This document shows, piece by piece, positions 27,266 to 40,899 of a stretch of 64,000 nt of DNA. How positions within the stretch are numbered: position 1 is the first letter of the stretch; each line of letters starts with the position of its first letter. This DNA is from Felis catus. Its lineage: Eukaryota. The position numbers were made by a program, and so were the translations under genes. Under the pieces are notes generated by a model that was given only the letters and a program-made list of their open reading frames with translations, made no database searches and was not told the DNA's origin. The DNA lies in contig NC_058371.1 in assembly GCF_018350175.1 (NCBI RefSeq), positions 103,292,001-103,356,000 of the forward strand, in the 5' to 3' direction.

Positions 27266-27743
27266 TCCAAATATACCATGAAAATAAATATCTTATTAGG
27301 CTTGTTGTGCTTTTTTTTATTAAATAAGATTTTGGAAATGTAGAATATGTTTATCCCCACCCCAAGTCTGCAAAGGTGAATTTGCATTCTTACATTTGTG
27401 TTACTTGGTGTTAGGGATCTGAGGTGCTAATCACTCATTCCTTCTTTCTTCTCCCCTGGATTCCAATTGAATATAGACACACAGTGAGTTGGATAGAGAT
27501 TGATATATGTATCATTAAACTTAGCAGTGCCTGATAATCTACAATGCGGGGGCTTTGGAGAAGCTTGGTTTAAAGCAACTTGGGTTCAAGAATGTCCAAT
27601 AGATTACACACTTCTTTGGCAGTTACCTTCCTCCCTCCAACTGAGTGTTGAGTGGTTCTGACCAGAAGGGCTTATGGCATGAAACACAAAGCAGAGGGCC
27701 CACTGTCCTCAGCAAGCCATCAGCAGTCTGTGAAAAGACAAAA

Positions 27744-27942
27744 TGGGGCACTTGGGTGGCTCAGTTGGTTAAGAGTCCAATTCTTGATTTTGACTTGGGC
27801 ATGATCCCAGGGCCATGGGATTGAGACCCGCGTTGGGCTCTGTACTGAATGTGGAGCCTGCTTAAGATTCTCTCTCTTTCTCCCTCTGGCCTTCTCCCCC
27901 ACTCATGCGCTCTCTTTCTCTCTAAAATAATTTTTTAAAAAA
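27744..27942 (+). mobile_element. Can-SINE
   Basis: Head ggggcacttgggtggctcag; TSD aaaagacaaaat/aaaaggcagaat. Confidence 0.9.
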
Positions 27943-28460
27943 AGGCAGAATGGAACTTGATTTATTCACCTACTAGTTAAAAATGTGAAAATGTGGCTCA
28001 ATGGATGTTAGATTCTACTGGTTACATTAGCAAGTCCTCCTCATATGGAAATGATTCAGTAAACAGGTGGAGAGACAAATTGAAAGGATCGCTCCAGCTC
28101 CACCCCCTCAACTGGGAACCAAGCAGTATCACCCTCTTCAGTGGAAAAAAGGGGACGGGTTGCAATTATGGTTATCCCCTGAGTAATTGCAGTTGCAACA
28201 CATATATTGAAATATACCTACAAACAAATAATTTTAACCAGAAAAGAGCTATCAACACAGGATGTTTCTGAGAGTTGCTTGCAGTTGTGAGTCATCTAGA
28301 CATCTGCCAGATAAAATATTAGGCTCTATCTGTATGTGTGTTTAAGGGAAAGAATGGATGTTAATCCAGCATCTATTCAACACCTGTCAATAAGAAAGGT
28401 ATATACTTATGAAATAATATCATATCCTACCCTTGATATGTTTAGTATGACTAATACTGA

Positions 28461-28673
<213 letters not shown>

Positions 28674-29053
28674 TAATTTCTAACTGCACTCCCTGTTTTA
28701 GATTTATTTCCCAATGACTTGCTTCAAATAACAGTAACTATCTCATAAAGCAGAGAAATCTCATTTAGTCAGCATATGCAGGAAAGGGCAAGTCTAGTTG
28801 TAAATTGACACCAGATCACTCACTTTATGGGAATTCTTGAGGGAACGAATTACATGGTCTGATATTGTCCTTGGCAGATCTTGTTTTCAAGTACTTTTAA
28901 TTCATTCAGTGGATATTGATAGTTTCCTTAGTTTGTTGGTTGTTTGGCTCATAGTAGGATATTCTGTGTTATTGTTTGGGAAAAGCTTCATGGAGAAAAT
29001 TTACTTGGGTATATCCCCATGACTGGACTTTGAGCTTCTTGAGTGAGGATAGT

Positions 29054-29369
29054 NNNNNNNNNNNNNNNNNNNNNNNNNNNNNNNNNNNNNNNNNNNNNNN
29101 NNNNNNNNNNNNNNNNNNNNNNNNNNNNNNNNNNNNNNNNNNNNNNNNNNNNNNNNNNNNNNNNNNNNNNNNNNNNNNNNNNNNNNNNNNNNNNNNNNNN
29201 NNNNNNNNNNNNNNNNNNNNNNNNNNNNNNNNNNNNNNNNNNNNNNNNNNNNNNNNNNNNNNNNNNNNNNNNNNNNNNNNNNNNNNNNNNNNNNNNNNNN
29301 NNNNNNNNNNNNNNNNNNNNNNNNNNNNNNNNNNNNNNNNNNNNNNNNNNNNNNNNNNNNNNNNNNNNN
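29054..29369. other. Assembly gap
   Basis: Run of N. Confidence 1.
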
Positions 29370-29399
29370 AGTCTAGAGGCCATAGAACAAGGAAGCTGC

Positions 29400-29735
29400 T
29401 ATAGAATTTGAATTTGAGAACCATCAGGCTGCCATAGAATCAAGAAGAACCAGTGTCCCACTTCACACGCCGTTAGGCTGGAAGAGCAGATATTACAGTG
29501 TGAAGGTCATAAAGCAGGAGAATTCTCTTATTTGGGGGAGGATCACCTTGTAGTTCAGTTCAGGCCTTCAACTGATTAGATCAGGCTTACCCACATGTGG
29601 AGGGCAATTTGTTTCACTCAAGTCCATTTATTTAAATGTTAATTTCATGCCAAAACATCCTCACAGAAACACCCTGAATGATGTTTAAACAACTATTTGG
29701 GAATCCTGTGGCTCAGTTAACAAAATTAACCATCC
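29400..29735. mobile_element. MLT2 (ERVL) LTR fragment
   Basis: caggccttcaactgatt..cctcacagaaacacc..aaaattaaccatc. Confidence 0.75.
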
Positions 29736-30744
29736 CAAGTGGGAACCGTATTTTATTGATTCTGTCTGTATCCCTGTATCCTAGTATAGTGCTGCATGTA
29801 ATGTTGGGCTCTGATACAAACTATGAGTTGAACTTAGGTGATTCCACAGTAGAAACTCAGCCAAGAAGAGAAAAAGTTAAGGCAATAAGTTCTTAGAGGG
29901 GTTCTCTAATTAAAACTCACTGACTGGATGATTAACAGAACAAAAAAACATTACATTCTATTGGGGAATTGACTCATTTCATGGGAAAACCCAGCTCATG
30001 GGTCCTAAGCTACAGAAGAAGCAGCAAAACAATGGTTAGCAGAAGTAAGAGAAGGGAAAATAATAAGGGAACTAGTATTTCTTTAAGTATTTACCATGTG
30101 TGCTGTTCTAGAAGCTTCATATACATCATGTATTTATTCATAAGAACTGTGAAAGTTTAATAATTTGCTGAGGGTTATCTGATTTCACTCAATTCTGAGT
30201 GTAATACCATTGGTCACAAGAGGGAAAATACATAGAATTAGGTTTTAAAGTAACCAGAAAGATAGTCATCTAGACTATTCCACTTCCTGGTATTTTTAGC
30301 TAACCAAATCTTTTCAGTACACACAAGTATTAGATATAACCAATGTGATTACTGTCTTTTTTTTTTTTTTGTATGGATCAATGAGAGATGCCTCTTACCG
30401 ACAGGCTAGGGTGGGATGAAAAATAAGATCCTCCAGCAGTTAGAGATATTCAAGCCACTTTTTAGATTATTCATGACATACTTTTGATCCAACAACAGAT
30501 TTAAACTGATCTCTCTAAATGTGTAGACATTAAGTTATTTCAAGTATTTTGTTTTATTTTTTGTGGTTTCTGGAGGCAGTCATCTCATAGCAGCTTTGGT
30601 TACCTCACAGTTTTCATTTCCAGACTCAGTTTAAGTGCTTCCTTGTGAATGTTACCAATATCAAAAAGCCCATGAAATTTACTTTAGGCAAAACCATTGT
30701 TTTGTTTTCTTTATTATTGTGTTTTAGATAGTATTATTGTATTT

Positions 30745-30954
30745 ATTTATCTATCTATTTATTTTAAATTTATTTCTTTATTTTGAGAGAGAGTGGGGGA
30801 GGGGCAGAGAGAGAGGGAGAGAGAGAATCCCAAGCAGGCTCCACACTGTCAGCACGGTGCCTGACATGGGGGCTCAATGTCACAAACCATGGGATAGGGC
30901 CTGAACCAAAATCAAGAGTCAGATGCTTAACCAAAAGAGCCACCCAGGTGCCCC
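30745..30954 (-). mobile_element. Can-SINE
   Basis: Complete copy ending gccacccaggtgcccc. Confidence 0.9.
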
Positions 30955-33449
30955 GAGGAGGTTATTCTATTTAAAATAGATTCTTTCCTCCTTATGCTTA
31001 AATAATGATTTTAACCTTTGCTTAGATGACACCTTTTGTTTGAGAATTTCTTCTTATTGGCTGTTATTTCTGTAGCATCAGTAGCTCTCTCCATTTGCCT
31101 GAATTTCCAGGGTGTGCTCAGTTTTGAGTTTTGTCTCAGACTCCTTCAGATAATCCTTGTTTAAGTATTTCCTCTAACTGTACATTTTGCTTGTAATGAC
31201 CCCTTTAGGTAATGGAGTACTATGTCAGTATTTGCTCTCTATGCCCTATTTATTTATTTCATTACATGGTGGCCACCTGCATATCTGTCTTTCTTAGTAA
31301 CCGTGGTTGCTTAGATTTACAAAATTTTCATGTTCATTCTGTACATTCATTGTAGAGCTTTTTCTCTATATTAACCATCTTTCTTTACTTGAAAGACAAT
31401 AGGAATCCACAAAACATTATTGTTGCAACTTTAATACTCTAAGAAATTATTATTTGGCTGAAGAGGAGGTGAAGTGGGGGTGGGATTAGAATAGGATTCA
31501 TAAACTAACTAGAGGCTCTGTGAAGTTTCATACTTGAATTTAATTAGAATCTGTTCAGAGGCCACTGTGAGTATCTTTGGGTGCACAAGTGATGACAGTG
31601 CCTTTAATTCCTTTTAATGTTGTTTTGGCCTTTACTTAGATGGGGGTTTAGTGCACTGTTACCATGTTTCTTGCCATGGAGCACAGTATGGATCTTTGTT
31701 AGCTCCCTTGATGGAACCTCTTTTCCACTTGAACAGTAGCTGGAGTAGCAGATTGTTCAGGGTTCAAAATCACATCTGAGCTGGGGGCAGAGGACATAAT
31801 GCTTGGGTCACAAGGCTGACAGTGATGTCAGCCTTCTAATTCGTTGGGATAATCTCCTGAGGGTTGCATTCCAGAAACATTGAGTTGGTAGGAGAAGATC
31901 ATAATGTTTCCTGCATAACATTATGAATCACTTACATTCCAAATTGTATCTGAAATTTGGGGTATTCAGGAAATTTTTTATTTGAGCTGTATGTCCCAGG
32001 AGTGGAGTAAATGAGAAACATTTGTGGCTATGTGGCTTGCTTGGTGGAAAACGTCAATACTTGGTCCAATTTTTTTGGACTAGGGATTAAGAATTTGAGG
32101 TCTGTTTTGGCAGTGGATTGAAACTCCTTTTTGGAGACTTAGTTTACTTGTAGTTTTGCAATTTATTTGATTTTGGAAAATTTGCTTTGGAAATGATTTA
32201 AATATATGAATTATTGAAGGATCTCTTCAGCAAAAAATTCTTCCCACATGCACACATTTTAGAATAATTAGTTGAACTGTATGTCCAGACTTATGAAAAA
32301 TATTTCCAACTGAACCAGACAATTCAAAGTGTGAAAGATGTGGCTTAAAATGAACCAAAAGAATTCTTAGGCTCCATAAAAAAAAATGGGTGATTCTTAT
32401 TAAGTATTAATTTTGTTACACCAAAGGAAAAAATGTAATATTTGAAAAAAAGATTTGACCTACTCAGTGTTTTGCAGGCTTTAAACATTTTCTGATCTTT
32501 TCATAGAAAACTATTTAAGTACAGGATTATGCATTTAAAGTTGAGACTTTGACATAAGGAATGTCACATTGTGGAGATGGTCTAAATAAGTTGAGAGAGC
32601 ACTAGGTATTGAGCCAAACTTGTGACGTCAACACAGGTTGGTCCCAATTCTGATGTCAGTTTAGTTGTCCCATTACCAGGAGAGCTATTCTATTACATGT
32701 TCTTTTCTGTCCTTCCTCTGCCTTGTTTGAGGATGGACAGACACTCTTACTTTATCCTGGAGTCTTCTGGTGACACATGATATTTCAAAATGGCAGAGCT
32801 GGGATCAAATGTAGATTTCCTAAGAGTGAAGCAACTAGAATATTTTTAAAGCATGGGTAAGACTTTATCCATTGTCATCCAGACACTTATCAAATAGTGT
32901 TGATGTAGCATTCATATAGCAGGTACCATTATAGCAACCAAGCAACCAAAAAATAAAAAAAAAAATATCAAAAAGATTTTTCATTTCTACACCAAATTAG
33001 TTTTCTCTAATTTAGTTTCTTCTCTATTTCTGTTTCTTCTTATCAGATTTATATAAGTGGCATTTTTATAATATTTTCTAGAATCTGTTACAGAATATTA
33101 AGGTACGACTGTCTAATGATTTTCTTCAGTAATACCATAAAAATATCAAATAATATGCAAATCTTTTAAGGGATTATCTTACAGCAAAGTACATATTTGC
33201 CTTTCATGAGGTAAAAGTTTAAATAAAGTACAATTACAAGTACAATTACAAGCAGTTGGTCCTCTGAAGTTTTAAGTTCTGGCTCTGCTGTGGCCACATA
33301 TTCCTGTAGGGAGCAGAGGAATTATTATATTGTTTGTCAACTTATTATTCTAAGTCAGAGTATAATTTATTGACAAGTCAAATGAGTATTTATAGAAATA
33401 TCCTTAAGTGATGCATAGCGATAACCTTGAAATATATGTTAATCCTTAG

Positions 33450-33710
33450 TAATGATGATGAAGATGGCAGCTAACACTTACTGAACACTTACTATGTGCC
33501 AGTAAGTGCTTCTGTGTATTATAACCCTGATCCTTACCCTGACCCTATGAGGAAGGTGCTATAATTGTCACCAACCTTTGTAAGCTGAGGATGCTGATAC
33601 ACAGACTCTAAGTAACTTGCCTGAGACCACACAGCCAAGAAGTACTGGCTAGGAATTGAACCCAGGTGACCTGTCTTCTCTTCCCACCCTCTTAACCTCT
33701 GTGCTCTAAA
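33450..33710 (-). mobile_element. MIR
   Basis: gaacacttactatgtgccag..taagtaacttgcctgagaccacacagc. Confidence 0.8.
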
Positions 33711-33839
33711 GCCTTAGAGTTGAGATAATTTATAAAGGAGTAAATTCAGATTTTGAGAACGTTCCATGTTTCTGAACTTGCTACCCAGATATTTTGAAAC
33801 TGCTGAACATTTGCAAAATTGTTTGTTTATTTATATAAA

Positions 33840-34072
33840 GTTTTTATTTAAATTCTAGTTCCATTTATGGTAAAAATGGTTTCAGGTATAGAATTTAGTG
33901 ATTAGTCACTTACATATAACACCCAGTGCTCATCACAACCAGTGCCGTCCCCAATACCCATCACTTATTTAGCCCATCCCCCCACCTAACACCTTGCAGC
34001 AGCCCTGTTTGTTTTGTATAGCTAAGAGTCTCTTATGGTTTGCTTTTCTTTTTTTCTCCCTTCCCTATGTTC
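33840..34072 (-). mobile_element. Carnivore L1 3'UTR fragment
   Basis: tcacttacatataacacccagtgctcatcacaa..taagagtctcttatggtttgc. Confidence 0.8.
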
Positions 34073-34594
34073 AGTTTAAAAATATAGATATTTTAAAGTT
34101 ATTTACATCATATATTCCTTTATCTTTTTTAAGTTCCCAAGCTATCCTGAATTCAAGCATTACACCTTCTTTTCCTTTACATAAAGGTCATGCTTAGGTA
34201 ATATCTGTCCTTGCCTCTTCTCTCCTTTGGTTCCTTTCTCCCCAGCTGCTAGCTAATGTGTTAAAAGTGTGTTACAGTTAACATTTAAATCTCTTGATAT
34301 TAATAATAGTAGAATTCTAGGATCTGAGCATGGCAGGTTGAGTATAGGGGAAAATTTTGAGTAGGTGGGACTTCCTGGGCTTTTGAAGCGAGACACCATA
34401 CAGGTAATTTCTTCTACTATCTCCATTGAAGACTGCTCCCGCTTGCCAGTGTCCATGTCTCATCCAGCAACAAAACAGACCGTTGTGGCACCTTTGACTA
34501 TGAGGATTCTGTGAATCACTTTTATTAGAGAATTTCTTTTGAATAATTTTTCAGAACGATTTTCATCTAGCTTGTCTTATCTGTATCTGTTTGT

Positions 34595-34917
34595 GATTGC
34601 ATTAGTTATCTATTGTTATGTAACAAATTTGCCTCAGATTTAACAGTTTGAAACAACGAACATTCATTACTTCATACATGTTCTGAGGATCAGGAATTTA
34701 GGAGCCACTTAACTTGGGTGGTCCTGGAGTTCTAGCTCAAGGACTGCCATGAAGTTGTGATCAAGCATTAATTATCTGGGGCTGTTTGAAATCTCCAAAG
34801 ACTTGATTAGGGGTGGGGATTCTACTTCCAGGATCGCTCACATGGCTTCTTTACCATGTAAACATTCCCGGGGGTTCCTTATGACATGGCAGTTTGTTTC
34901 TCTGAGAGTGATGCGAG

Positions 34918-34975
<58 letters not shown>

Positions 34976-35180
34976 AGAGAGGCGGGGGGGGGAGGGGGAA
35001 GAGACAAGCAATCTTTTATAACCAAGGTTTGGGAATGACATACTGTACCATTATTGCTGTGGAATGCTACTAGTCACATAGACACAGACGAACCCTGGTA
35101 TAGTGGAGGAGGGGACTATACAAGGGTAGTGAATTCCAGGAGGTGGGGCATCATTGGGGGCCATCTTTAAAGCTGGCTCT
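34595..35180 (-). mobile_element. MaLR MLT1 LTR with (GA)n expansion at ~34920-34972
   Basis: ttagttatctattgttatgtaacaaatt..cattgggggccatctt. Confidence 0.75.
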
Positions 35181-35756
35181 GGCAATGGTCAATGAGGAAA
35201 ATTTGCTTTAGAGCCCAACAGGGAAAGGTTAAAGTTCGTGGACAAAACAAGGACTTGATACAGACTCAGAGGAATGCAGACCCAGCCCAGTTTGATATTA
35301 TTAAGAAAGGCAATTTAAGCAGTAGATTCCTGGCTCTGACCCTTGCTGGCTGAGCAGTTCACTTAATGCATTCATTCACCAGATTCTCGAGGATCTGCTG
35401 TGTGCCAGGGCCTGTCCGGAACGCTTGAGATATTGTAGTTAAAAAGACGAGCTAGTTACTGTCTCCATAGTGGTCAAAATAATCTTTGAACTCTTCCTTT
35501 TTGTGAATTAATGATAACAATACCACCTCATTGGATTTTGTGAAGATTAAATTAAACAAGGGTAACATATGCCAAACACCTGGCCCCTATGTGTGCCAAT
35601 ATAAGTTAGCAACTATTTTCATGATCACAGCTCTGCCAGGTTTATAGTTTTTGTCTTTATCGTTTTGTTTCTATAGAAAACAGAGCAAAATCTACTTCAT
35701 TTCTTCTAACATCTTCTCGAGGTAGCAAGTATAAATTCCAAGCATGTAGAAGACTC

Positions 35757-36479
35757 TTTTTTTTTTTTTTTTTAAGATTTTATTTTTTTTAAGGAGGTGT
35801 GACTGGCTGGCTCAGTCGGTAAAATGTGCCACTCTAGTGGCACTCTTTTTTTTTTTAATATATGAAATTTATTGTCAAATTGGTTTCCATACAATACCCA
35901 GTGCTCATCCCAAAAGGTGCCCTCCTCAATACCCATCACCCACCCTCTCCTCCCTCCCACCCCCCATCAACCCTCAGTTTGTTCTCAGTTTTTAACAGTC
36001 TCTTATGCTTTGGCTTTCTCCCACTCTAACCTCTTTTTTTTTTTTTTTCCTTCCCCTCCCCCATGGGTTCCTGTTAAGTTACTCAGGATCCACATAAAAG
36101 TGAAACCATATGGTATCTGTCTTTCTCTGGATGGCTTATTTCACTTAGCATCACACTCTCCAGTTCCATCCACGTTGCTACAAAAGGCCATATTTCATTT
36201 TTTCTCATTGCCACGTAGTATTCCATTGTGTATATAAACCACAATTTCTTTATCCATTCATCAGTTGATGGACATTTAGGCTCTTTCCATAATTTGGCTA
36301 TTGTTGAGAGTGCTGCTATGAACATTGGGGTACAAGTGCCCCTATGCATCAGTACTCCTGTATCCCTTGGATAAATTCCTAGCAGTGCTATTGCTGGGTC
36401 ATAGGGTAGGTCTATTTTTAATTTTCTGAGGAACCTCCACACTGCTTTCCAGAGCGGCTGCACCAATTTGCATTCCCAC
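35757..36479 (-). mobile_element. Young 5'-truncated felid-type L1 (ORF2 C-terminus + 3'UTR) with extra 3' tag and second poly(A)
   Basis: Open 127-aa ORF2 C-terminal frame (36083-36466: QPLWKAVWRFL...YDPAIALLGIYP...KEPKCPS); perfect TSD TAGAAGACTCTTT at 35747 and 36480. Confidence 0.93.
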
Positions 36480-38187
36480 TAGAAGACTCTTTAGTAAGTA
36501 TTCACCACTCAGGGAACAACCTGCTATGTGGAATGACTAGCGGGCCTGCTCTCAACTATGCAGCGGCAGCCTGGTTGCCTGCTTCTGAGTGTCCTGGTTG
36601 CTGGATGCACAGGGAAGCATGCGTCTGCCCAGGCCACTTGAGTACTGCTTGCTGTGACTCTGTATTGGCTGTAGCTGTGTGGCTTGTCTTCCCTTTGGAA
36701 AGATAACTAGGACTTTGTAAATGTGAGAAATGTCCTGTGGGGAAGGTGTCCTGTTGTACTGTGCAGAGACCTTTATCAGATACAGTGATTTGGACAACCT
36801 TTAGAGATAGGTTTAAGATCATTTTGATTGTGCTAAGACACTTTTCAGCTTTTTAAAAGAAGCAGGTTTTGTGCAGGCCGATTGTCTCTTAGCACATCGG
36901 CATTCTGCCTGCTTTCAGGTATCTTTCAGAATGGGGAATGCTGGATGTTCGTAGGTATTGTCTCTAGAAATCATTTAAAAGGCTCCTGTGCTTTCGTAAT
37001 TTGTAACCCAGCAAAGTCCACCTCTGTGGCATTAACCAAGGGAAGCTAGAGGGCCAAAGAATGCTTATTTCCTAATTGATTTGGGGCCTTTGTTAATAGG
37101 ATTGGTGATAGTGTAACTATGAAGTAGAACTTAAAATAGGAATTCTGTGAAATTATTCTTCTGGGAGGAAAAGTGTTGAGTCTTATATTTAAAACTTAAT
37201 TTAAATTTATTATTAATTTAAAAGTAAATTCTATTTAATTTAATTTAATCTAGAATTTTTAAAATTTAAAAGCAAATTATTTAATTTAAAATTTTCCCAA
37301 TACCTCCAGAATAGAAATCCAAACTGCCTAATATGTCCGTGGGCTCACTTGGAGAAATGATCTACTTACACATGTGTCTCTGTCACTGGACTGAGATTGT
37401 CAAGAACAGTCTGTATTGGTTATGTTTGTTTTCCCGCTGCCCACGTGGACTGGGTGTATCTAGTCGGGGCTCAGTGAGCGCTCCGTGACCTGGCCTCCAC
37501 TGTTCTTTCTTTCCTGATGTACACCTAGTTGGTTGTGCCTTGTCAGTTTGGAAGAAAGCTTATGTCTGTTTCCTTTGAAATAACAGAAAGCAAATGCTTC
37601 CACTTGAACTCCGGTCTGCTGTTTATGTGTATGTGAGTATTTGGTCTGGCAAGGTGTTACATTTTTACTCTGTGAGCGCTGAGTATGTACTGGTATGTGT
37701 GCATACATTTCAGTCTACTGTGTGAGTATTTTATCTCTTAGATGACTGTGTGGCCAACAGCACCTTGTTGTTAAGTCAGAGATTTTTTTTTTTTTTTACA
37801 GATATTACTACAGATAAAGTCTTAAGTTTAGATACTCCGTTGATTAACAACCCAGCAAGCAGTCCACTCTGGACTCACTCAGAAACCTAGGCTCTGGAAT
37901 AGGGAAGTGACAGGGGTTCGTGGGAAAGATGATATTTGCTGCGAGCTGGTTCTTTGAAATTATACTTAACAAACGTAATAATCAAAGATTAGGATTTGAA
38001 AATTAATCAGCACTGTATTAAATACACTGGAACTGTGCTTTATAATTACAAGGTTTAAGAAGAGATGTGGTAGAAACTAAGAAGAAGAAAGTTTAAAATA
38101 TTGTAGTTGCTAAAAAATATAATGTAAAGAAGAGGCATTTGTGTTAGATACAGTGAAGCAAATAACATGAATACCCCATATCAGAGG

Positions 38188-38351
38188 NNNNNNNNNNNNN
38201 NNNNNNNNNNNNNNNNNNNNNNNNNNNNNNNNNNNNNNNNNNNNNNNNNNNNNNNNNNNNNNNNNNNNNNNNNNNNNNNNNNNNNNNNNNNNNNNNNNNN
38301 NNNNNNNNNNNNNNNNNNNNNNNNNNNNNNNNNNNNNNNNNNNNNNNNNNN
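38188..38351. other. Assembly gap
   Basis: Run of N. Confidence 1.
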
Positions 38352-39701
38352 TATATAGACAACAAAAATATACTACTTGTTTTTAAGCAAGATTTTTTTG
38401 GGTATAAACATAAAGAGTAAAATGGCTTTATTTTTGTTTTTTTTAAATTGGAGATACATTTTATGATGAGTTTTAGATTATTTTTTAATGATTGATATTA
38501 AATACAGTAGTCAGTAAACTGCAGAGTGAAGTTAATTTAATGCATATAACACAAAACACTAGAATTAGCCACATTTAGTTCTTTATGAAGGGAAGTTGGG
38601 TTTTCTAGGGAAATTTTTATTTAAAGACATGTGCTCCATTCAGTGCATGCGTGGATTCTCATAAAAGGTTCAGCTACTACTTAGCAATACAAAGTAAAAT
38701 GTGAAGTTCTACATTATATCACTGAATTAATAAAATATTCAAAAGAAAGTATAAAATTTATGTTATAATTTATATATCTTTCAATTAATGTAACCTGCAA
38801 TAAAGTTATACTGTATCCAGGTAAGTATATTAAATTCTGAGAATTTGAGAAAACTGGCTCACAAAACCTTAGGAAAAAGGTTTCTTAGAATCTAATCTAT
38901 CATCCTTAATTGTGTCTTAGTCCTCTTTGAAAATCTCACATGATTCAAAAAAGACATCTTGGGGAGAGGAAAAAGGAAGATTAGTTACTGAGTTGTAGGC
39001 TACTGTTTGTGCTGCTTTATTGCATCAAGAAGGTAGGTACAGAGTTGAATGGGAGGGGAATTCTAAGATTTGAATTGTGACCTTCCCTTTTACTTGGAGT
39101 TTGTTTAGCAAGAATCTGGAAAGTAATTAAGTATATCATTATCATGGCTGACTTATGTCAAAACTATACACACTTTTTGTTATGGTTAATTAAATGCATA
39201 ATCAGTTGAATAATGCATCTATTATTTCTTAAGTTGGGATTTAATATACATTTTATTTAATTCACCTCAGTGGGCAGAGATTAAAGCAATATTTCCTGGT
39301 TTCTTTTCTTGTGGTGAACTAAGTCCTTTGAGATATTGCTGTGCACACTTAATGGTTGTTTACATATCTGTCTATGCTATTAGTCTTTTTTTCCTCTCTT
39401 TCGTTCATTCATTCGTTCTATTAGTTTTCCATACAGGAAAAAAGAACAAGAAGGGGCATGGTCATTCTTGCCAAGAGTTAACCTGACTGTTCTTCTGGCA
39501 ATAGCATGTAAACCCAGCTAGGCTTTTGAGAGCTTTCCTTCTGTGACTTAATTCAATCCGCCCATTTCTAGACTTTGGAGCGTAGTGTGCTTGTAAGTAG
39601 CTTTTCTTCCCTTTTCTCATTTTTTTTTTCTTTATCAGTTTTAAATGCATATTATTGGGCATTTATATGCTTTTATTAAACTTCTGTAAATATATTCTGC
39701 T

Positions 39702-39724
39702 TTATTTTTTTAATGTTTATTTAT

Positions 39725-39790
<66 letters not shown>

Positions 39791-39957
39791 TGAGCATACA
39801 AGATGGGGAGGCGCAAAGAGAGGGAGACAGAGAATCCCAAGCAGGCTTCATACTGTCAGCACAGAGCCCAATACAGGGCTTGATCCCATGAACCATGAGA
39901 TCATAACCTGAGCCGAAGGCAAGAGTCGGATACTTAACCAATTGAGCCACCCAGGTG
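39702..39957 (-). mobile_element. Can-SINE with long (GA)n
   Basis: TSD atattctgct. Confidence 0.9.
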
Positions 39958-40899
39958 ATCTGATATTCTGCTGTATTTCAATTCATGGTAAGATCGATGC
40001 CACATTGTATAGAAAAGTGATATATGATAATCCCTTGAAATACTTTGCACCTTGCTATTCAATAACACATACGATTTTTAACTCTGTTGAGATCATCTAA
40101 AACCCGTAGGAAACCCTATCATAATTTTAACCCTAGAAAATCAGTCACTAAAACTAAAAACAAAACAAGACAAATGAAAACTGATTATCCATAGTTATGA
40201 AATGAGATTTCAAATTGTGCCACTTTGGGCCATTTTAAAAATTTGTCACATTTTTGTATCAACATTATCTTACTTAATTTTAACAGTCCGCCTCCCCCAA
40301 ATGGTAGTATTATCCCATTTTGCAGATGAAAAAGCTGAGCCCGAGTTTATAGAGCCTTGGAATAGTGGAGCAGAGCTTCCCATCCCATATCCATATTCTC
40401 CCAATCAGAGGGATGATGAGCACCGGAGTCAATTTTTATCTAGAAGAAACAGAGGAATACATGTACATTTAGGAGCAATTCTGAATATATGCTTCAAATA
40501 CATTTTTTTGGTCACCATGCTGTATAAGATATTTTCAGGACCTATTTATTTTATAACTGAAAGTTGGTACCTGTTGACTAATTTCACCCATATTACCAAT
40601 AAATTCATTTTTAGTAAATGAATTGGGGTGATAGTTACAACTGACCTATTGCCAAAGCTAGTGAAATATGTAACTGAGACTTACAGGAGAAATCACAGAT
40701 AGAGGTCACTGGGGATTGAGGACACTCTATTTAGAGGTTCAGTGGTTAAGAGAATATAACTAGCCTGTTTTAATGTTTGGAAATACATGAAAATTAAAAG
40801 ATATTCTAAGAATATATATTCACCACTTATTTTGGTGAATGTTAACAAAGGTGATATGTATAAAACTTGCACATCCATCAGCTCTGACAGCAAACGTGC

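Noticed and set aside
36083-36466. 127-aa ORF as an independent gene
   Set aside because: It is the C-terminus of L1 ORF2 in a 5'-truncated copy.
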